From positions 1-46,824 of the IMG/VR virus record IMGVR_UViG_3300048582_000269: DNA of 46,824 nucleotides; one strand, written 5' to 3'. Numbering within the stretch: the first letter of the stretch is position 1; the number at the start of each line of letters is the position of its first letter. Made by a program: the position numbers and the translations under genes. Positions 42,373-46,824 of this stretch are shown piece after piece. This DNA is from a virus. Below the pieces are notes generated by a model. That model worked only from the letters and a program-made list of their open reading frames with translations, was not told the DNA's origin and did not search any database.

Positions 42373-43281
42373 TTGCCAATGGATGCAGTTTATAAGAAGG
42401 TTCCCCAAAACCCTTATCCATGTAAAATCTATATTGATTTTTCCGGGCAAATGGTTGCCTCTAATAGTCAAGGCATTGCGAGTTTCTACAATTCAAAGTC
42501 GGTTGATGCTACTTGGTTTGAAATATATTCCGGAAAAGCCGCTATCGGTTTTGGAGAGGAATCAGCAGAAACTGCCGCCGGAACCATCTATACTCAAAAA
42601 CTAGAAATACGCTTTCCATCAAACGACTCATTGCGAGCTGTGCGATTAGATTACCTCCGAAAAGCTAAGTTCATTGCTATAAAACTCACAGACAAAAGAT
42701 ACCTGGTGTTAGGCAGAAATGACTATCTGCAAAACAAAAAACCAAGTATCAGCACAGAAAGTAATGAAAAGCTCACTGCTGTAACCTTTGGAAATAGATC
42801 ATTATTTCCTGCAGCGTTTTTGGATAGTGAAATAAGTGGTACAATTGTCAACCTTAATAATTCAAACCTAACCGGATTGATCAACGGTATCAATACTATT
42901 TTTTTAACAGCTACAGAGTTCCTTCCAGGATCAACAAAGTTGTATAGAAACGGAGTTCGCCAAAAGCTAGGAATTGATTATACAGAAAGTACCACGGTGG
43001 GAGTAGTGTTTACCATAGCTCCACTCACTGGAGACATTTTAGTAATTGATTATCAAACCGGAAACATCGTGAGCAATGTTACTTTAATTGGCGTTCGCAA
43101 CGGAATCAATGTGAATTTCACTACACCATCGCCTTTTGCTATCGGACAAACAAATGTTTTCAGAAACGGAGTATTACTACAATTAGGAATTGATTATTAC
43201 GAATCAGGAAGTAGCACTATTGTTTTTGTGGTACCTCCGGTAGATACAGATCTATTAGTAATTGACTATCAAATGAATTAA
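42373..43281 (+). CDS. Virion protein with two tandem ~65-aa Ig-like repeats (tail tube or fibre-base candidate)
   Basis: 302 aa with a TTG start at 42373 (ATG at 42379). The repeats are NGINTIF...LYRNGVRQKLGIDY...ILVIDYQ and NGINVNF...VFRNGVLLQLGIDY...LLVIDYQ. Confidence 0.55.
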   Translation: MPMDAVYKKVPQNPYPCKIYIDFSGQMVASNSQGIASFYNSKSVDATWFEIYSGKAAIGFGEESAETAAGTIYTQKLEIRFPSNDSLRAVRLDYLRKAKFIAIKLTDKRYLVLGRNDYLQNKKPSISTESNEKLTAVTFGNRSLFPAAFLDSEISGTIVNLNNSNLTGLINGINTIFLTATEFLPGSTKLYRNGVRQKLGIDYTESTTVGVVFTIAPLTGDILVIDYQTGNIVSNVTLIGVRNGINVNFTTPSPFAIGQTNVFRNGVLLQLGIDYYESGSSTIVFVVPPVDTDLLVIDYQMN

Positions 43282-43282
43282 C

Positions 43283-43834
43283 ATGAGTACACAAGTAAAA
43301 GACGATCAGTTAAATGAATCCTACATAAAAGCAAATGGACAACGACCATTTAGCGAACATCAATCAATGGGTGGAAAAAGATTAACCAATCTTGCTGCTC
43401 CAGTAGATGATAATGATGCAGCCAGAAAAATTGATGTTATCAGCGAAACAGGACAACGCAACCAAAACAACATCACTTTTACCAATATAAACGGTGATTA
43501 TTTTGGTACAGCATCATCACCAAGAACCGGAACATTAACCTTTGATGCAACGGGAGCTGTGATAGGAGGAATTGCAGTGGTGTATTACAACAATGCAACC
43601 TTAGACATGCCGGAACCTCTATTGCAAAAAGGAACTTTTGCACCAGGAGAATTGAATAAAATATACCTTGAAAGAGACAGTCAAGGTTTTATTACGGCAA
43701 ATATTATAAATGGAGCTACCACAGTTCCGGGAATACCATCGGCAACAGCTCCAACAATAACCGTCACCGACCCAGTGTTTGACCCCGACGCACCGTCGGC
43801 AACCGCACCAACAATTACAGTCACAAATCCATAA
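43283..43834 (+). CDS. Tail fibre-like protein
   Basis: The N-terminal LTNLAAPVDDNDAARKIDV resembles the fibre N-terminal motif (itnLadP...DAv.k.yvd). The C-terminus has a duplicated PSATAPTITVT(D/N)P. Confidence 0.5.
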   Translation: MSTQVKDDQLNESYIKANGQRPFSEHQSMGGKRLTNLAAPVDDNDAARKIDVISETGQRNQNNITFTNINGDYFGTASSPRTGTLTFDATGAVIGGIAVVYYNNATLDMPEPLLQKGTFAPGELNKIYLERDSQGFITANIINGATTVPGIPSATAPTITVTDPVFDPDAPSATAPTITVTNP

Positions 43835-43845
43835 ATTAAAATACA

Positions 43846-45381
43846 ATGGCCACAGTAAAAAAAGTAACAGTAACAGCTGCAAGTGTAGTAACAAATGACA
43901 CGCTTGCCGGATATAATATTTATTCAAATATTGATGGAAAACTCAACACATCGGTTGTGCCTCCTGCAACAGCCAATGCGGGTGTTGATTATTCACTATC
44001 AGATGGCGAGATTCATAGCATAATAGCTAAGCCCGTTGGAACTGTAAACGGCGAATTTACAGCTGTTTCAAGTACTCCAGTAGTAGTTGATTTAACCGGT
44101 GCAGGAGCTCCCGTTGTTACATTTGGAGAGGTTGGAACAATCAATGCAACTACGGTTGTTTTGACTGCAAACGAACCTTTGGTGGTTATGAACCTTTCTG
44201 GGGCAAATGGATTCACAATTGATAACTCGACAGAGGGAACTGCAATCACAGTTACCAATGTGCAGGTTCAATTATCAGACCCAACAAAAATAATTTTAAC
44301 TGTAACCGCAGGATTAAAAGATTCGTCTGAAGGTATTGTTTCAGTTGATTATATTGGAACAGCAGTTGAAGGAACTGATGGTAATCCGTTAGCTTCTATT
44401 TCAAACTTGACGCTTGTAAATAATATTCCGCCACCAGCTTTAGAATTGTTCAATTTTATTAATGCGGCTTCGGCTCCAAACGAAGCTAATGCAAACACAG
44501 GATTCTCAGCCGCAACTTTAGTACATGCTGAAATTATTGGAACTCCAACAGTTTTGCCACAGCATGGTGCGAGATTCTTAGAAGTAAAATCTGCAAACGC
44601 AGCTTTGGGTGGTGGTGATAATTTGAATTTAGCGGCAAACCTATTAACAGCTATTCCGCAAGCGGGTGATTTATACACTTTGAGTTGTAAATACTTCATC
44701 CCTACTTCAAACACCGATACAGGGCAGAAAATTATTGGTACGGTAGCCTCTTTAAATGAAAACGGAACAATGATGGCCGACTTCGATTTGTCATTAACAG
44801 GTGCAAAAGGACAATGGAACACAGCTTCATTAGCTAATTTAAGAATAGCTTCCAAAGGAACAGATATTCGTTTTGCTTTTAGAGGTGGTGCTGCGTCTGC
44901 AATTAACCAACCGGTTTATTACGATGAAATTAAATTAACAAAAACACATCAAGCTTCATCGCTTTTTAACACCTATTCGGCAACAGAAGCCGGTGGTAAA
45001 AATAGAGTAGGAACATTAACTTATACTTGGACTGGTGGTGTTGGTGTGTTAAGTGCGATCACAGATTCAAATGGACCAAGTGGAGCTCCTGGAGAAACTT
45101 ACTTGGAATGGTTAGACACAGGTGCAACTTTTAACACCGGACGAACATTGAGTTTAGGTTCAGGAACTCGCTTAATTAAATGTAAAATAAAAATATCAGG
45201 AACAGGTGCATTTAGAATTGGCGGACGTAGAAGATTAAATGCAGCCGATTATGCAACATGGCAAGATGTTGAATTTGTAAGTGCTAATGGCTTTCAATTT
45301 GTTGCACTTCAGGCAGCCAATGGATCAAGACTATTCATCTCTGATATCGAAATGGGAACTGTAATAGATACGGCAGTATAA
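43846..45381 (+). CDS. Receptor-binding/fibre protein with an Ig-like domain and two CBM-like jelly-roll segments
   Basis: 511 aa. The Ig-like segment is VVLTANEPL...ILTVTAGL...VSVDY. Two C-terminal segments end in YYDEIKLTK and LFISDIEMG, as in carbohydrate-binding modules. Confidence 0.5.
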   Translation: MATVKKVTVTAASVVTNDTLAGYNIYSNIDGKLNTSVVPPATANAGVDYSLSDGEIHSIIAKPVGTVNGEFTAVSSTPVVVDLTGAGAPVVTFGEVGTINATTVVLTANEPLVVMNLSGANGFTIDNSTEGTAITVTNVQVQLSDPTKIILTVTAGLKDSSEGIVSVDYIGTAVEGTDGNPLASISNLTLVNNIPPPALELFNFINAASAPNEANANTGFSAATLVHAEIIGTPTVLPQHGARFLEVKSANAALGGGDNLNLAANLLTAIPQAGDLYTLSCKYFIPTSNTDTGQKIIGTVASLNENGTMMADFDLSLTGAKGQWNTASLANLRIASKGTDIRFAFRGGAASAINQPVYYDEIKLTKTHQASSLFNTYSATEAGGKNRVGTLTYTWTGGVGVLSAITDSNGPSGAPGETYLEWLDTGATFNTGRTLSLGSGTRLIKCKIKISGTGAFRIGGRRRLNAADYATWQDVEFVSANGFQFVALQAANGSRLFISDIEMGTVIDTAV

Positions 45382-46818
45382 ATGAAAATATTTATAGCAT
45401 CATTACCGGCTAGCAGTGGAACTGTAACGCCTCCGCCTTTAGAGGCAGAGGCGACAGCTCCAACTATTGAGGTTGTAAATCCTCTTGAAAGCATAGTTGG
45501 TTGTATGAACCCGATGGCTATTAACTATAATCCATTTGCAAATGTAAGCGACGGAAGCTGTGTTTTGGAAAGTGCTGTGATGGAGGAAGACGATGTTGTT
45601 TACATACCATTAATTGGTCACTCTCAAATTGCCGGAAAAGGATGGACCAATGCACCCGGAGTTCCAACAGGTGATTACTTGCAAGATGCCGATAAGATTT
45701 TAAACGATATGCAGTATGCTAATGGTGCGAGTTCATTCGTATTATACAATCCTGCAACACTTGGAATAGATCATGGGCGTGAAGCTTATTTAAATTTGAA
45801 CTGGAAGGATTATATTGATTCAACAAATGGCGAACCTCTTTACATAAGTAAACACGTTTTGGTGGGTGCTGCAAGGTTTTCGCAATTGATGATTGGAGGT
45901 CGCTACTTTGAGCAAGCTTTGAATCAAATTCGTCCAAAAATTAATAACCTCGTTGCGTCGGGTAAAAAAGTAACCATATACTTCATTTTCGATATGTGGG
46001 CTGATGATGCGATATACGGCGAACGACCCATGTATGATGTATATCATTCGCATTGGTGTTTGGCGAGAGCTTTAGGCTTACAGCAAATCAATGCTAATTT
46101 GACAACTTCGGCAAACATGGTGGCGTGGTACCCATTTATGAATAATGCATTTATAAATTATGCAGAGGCAGATCCAACGCGAAGAAGTACAGCGGTTGCA
46201 TCACCATCTACACCAACGGTTGACGGAGCACATTGGAGTTCATTCGCTTTGCGTGACTTTGCGTTGGAACATTTAGCAGCTATTGAATTCCAACCAAAAA
46301 TGAAAATCAATTGGACGGTTCCAACTATTTCAGGTTTGACAATGGCATTTAAAGAAGTGCCCAATCAAAGAGGCTTGGGCTTTTCAGTTGAATGGGATGT
46401 GCCTTGCGAATGTCGTGTGTTTACCGACCAAGAGCTTTTATACGAAAAGGAAATATCAATATTCTCAATTGATATTCGATTGATGAGATACGGCTTTGTA
46501 ACATTAATTGGAAACCTAACAGGTATGACCCGATTTGTAGCACCATACACCGGAACCTGTGTTGAATTTGAATTGGTTGACAAGTTTGTTAGCACTTTGA
46601 ATTTTATTGATTTACGTGGTAATGCATTAATAGCCGGAAATCCTGCTTTCATTGTAAGTTACAGTAACGATTACAACGTAATGAAATTGGCACAGGGATC
46701 AGTTTCAAACGGCACACTAAAAATAGCCGGAAGCGTGAATGGCTTAACAGCAGCTTCTGCTTCATATTATGCAACTTTAATTTCAAGAGGTTGGACAATA
46801 GATGTCCCATCTCCCTAA
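45382..46818 (+). CDS. Fibre-associated protein with an SGNH/SASA-like esterase signature
   Basis: IPLIGHSQIAGKG resembles the GQSNMxG block and TVDGAHWS resembles the DxxH block of sialate O-acetylesterase-type hydrolases. The N-terminal ATAPTIEVVNP motif is shared with the 43283-43834 protein. Confidence 0.4.
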   Translation: MKIFIASLPASSGTVTPPPLEAEATAPTIEVVNPLESIVGCMNPMAINYNPFANVSDGSCVLESAVMEEDDVVYIPLIGHSQIAGKGWTNAPGVPTGDYLQDADKILNDMQYANGASSFVLYNPATLGIDHGREAYLNLNWKDYIDSTNGEPLYISKHVLVGAARFSQLMIGGRYFEQALNQIRPKINNLVASGKKVTIYFIFDMWADDAIYGERPMYDVYHSHWCLARALGLQQINANLTTSANMVAWYPFMNNAFINYAEADPTRRSTAVASPSTPTVDGAHWSSFALRDFALEHLAAIEFQPKMKINWTVPTISGLTMAFKEVPNQRGLGFSVEWDVPCECRVFTDQELLYEKEISIFSIDIRLMRYGFVTLIGNLTGMTRFVAPYTGTCVEFELVDKFVSTLNFIDLRGNALIAGNPAFIVSYSNDYNVMKLAQGSVSNGTLKIAGSVNGLTAASASYYATLISRGWTIDVPSP

Positions 46819-46824
46819 AAAATA
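46793..46824. repeat. Terminal direct repeat, copy 2 (circular-closure overlap)
   Basis: Identical to 1-32. Contains the stop codon of the 45382-46818 ORF. Confidence 0.95.

Larger units (their letters stand above)
1..46824. mobile_element. Complete temperate tailed-phage genome (siphovirus-like), circularly closed, unit length 46792 bp
   Basis: Terminase, portal-like, S49 protease, capsid, 1450-aa tape measure, lysis cassette, tyrosine integrase, HTH switch and primase-helicase genes are all present. The window ends overlap by 32 nt. Confidence 0.9.

Noticed and set aside
44349-44855. A 168-aa - strand ORF inside the 43846-45381 fibre gene, plus a similar one at 44013-44258.
   Set aside because: Both are fully embedded antisense in a longer ORF with recognisable Ig-like and CBM-like segments. 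There is no promoter or terminator context. They are likely shadow ORFs of Gly/Ala/Thr/Val-rich coding sequence.
1-46824. A search by eye for tRNA/tmRNA genes, CRISPR arrays, a reverse transcriptase/DGR, transposases or IS ends.
   Set aside because: No T-loop-type GGTTCGAAT-like motif in a cloverleaf context was seen. There are no regularly spaced repeats of 25-40 bp. No YxDD reverse-transcriptase or DDE motifs appear in any listed ORF. The tandem and inverted repeats that are present are explained elsewhere. A tRNAscan/Infernal run would be the definitive check.

Overview
The window is a complete, circularly closed genome of a temperate tailed phage. The first 32 nt are identical to the last 32 nt, so the unit length is 46792 bp. 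The host is probably a member of the Bacteroidota: there are no Shine-Dalgarno sequences, the -7 boxes resemble TAnnTTTG, the integrase starts with the typical MRTYFLLRKDK-type N-terminus, and a DUF3127-like protein is present.

Gene order on the + strand:
- fibre-accessory genes (38-3345)
- lysis cassette (3410-5187)
- S49 protease, a large capsid protein and a head protein (5386-9287)
- packaging block with a PLD-like nuclease, TerS-like protein and TerL (9430-13650)
- portal-like block (16001-21448)
- KilA-N gene, 1450-aa tape measure and large distal tail proteins (22580-32175)
- integrase and repressor on the - strand (32167-33824)
- early block with Cro-position, LuxR-type HTH and primase-helicase genes plus many small ORFs (33936-41866)
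- a 450-bp repeat-rich non-coding region
- a fibre/host-recognition operon that runs across the circular junction (42373-46818)

Two counter-oriented accessory islands interrupt the late genes:
- 13701-15551 encodes an N6-methylase-like protein that stops before catalytic motif IV, an ArdC-N-like protein, a SymE-family toxin and two unknowns.
- 21478-22201 encodes two unknown proteins behind a structured leader.

The most striking sequence-level signals:
- a six-copy bipartite late-promoter-like element, CATGTCAC-N22-nAnnyTyG
- three further families of palindromic operators
- several leader terminators
- a GC-rich structured element
- an iteron-rich segment bounded by inverted repeats, upstream of the fibre operon

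No tRNA, rRNA, CRISPR array or reverse transcriptase was seen. All functional calls rest on motifs read by eye. No database search was run.
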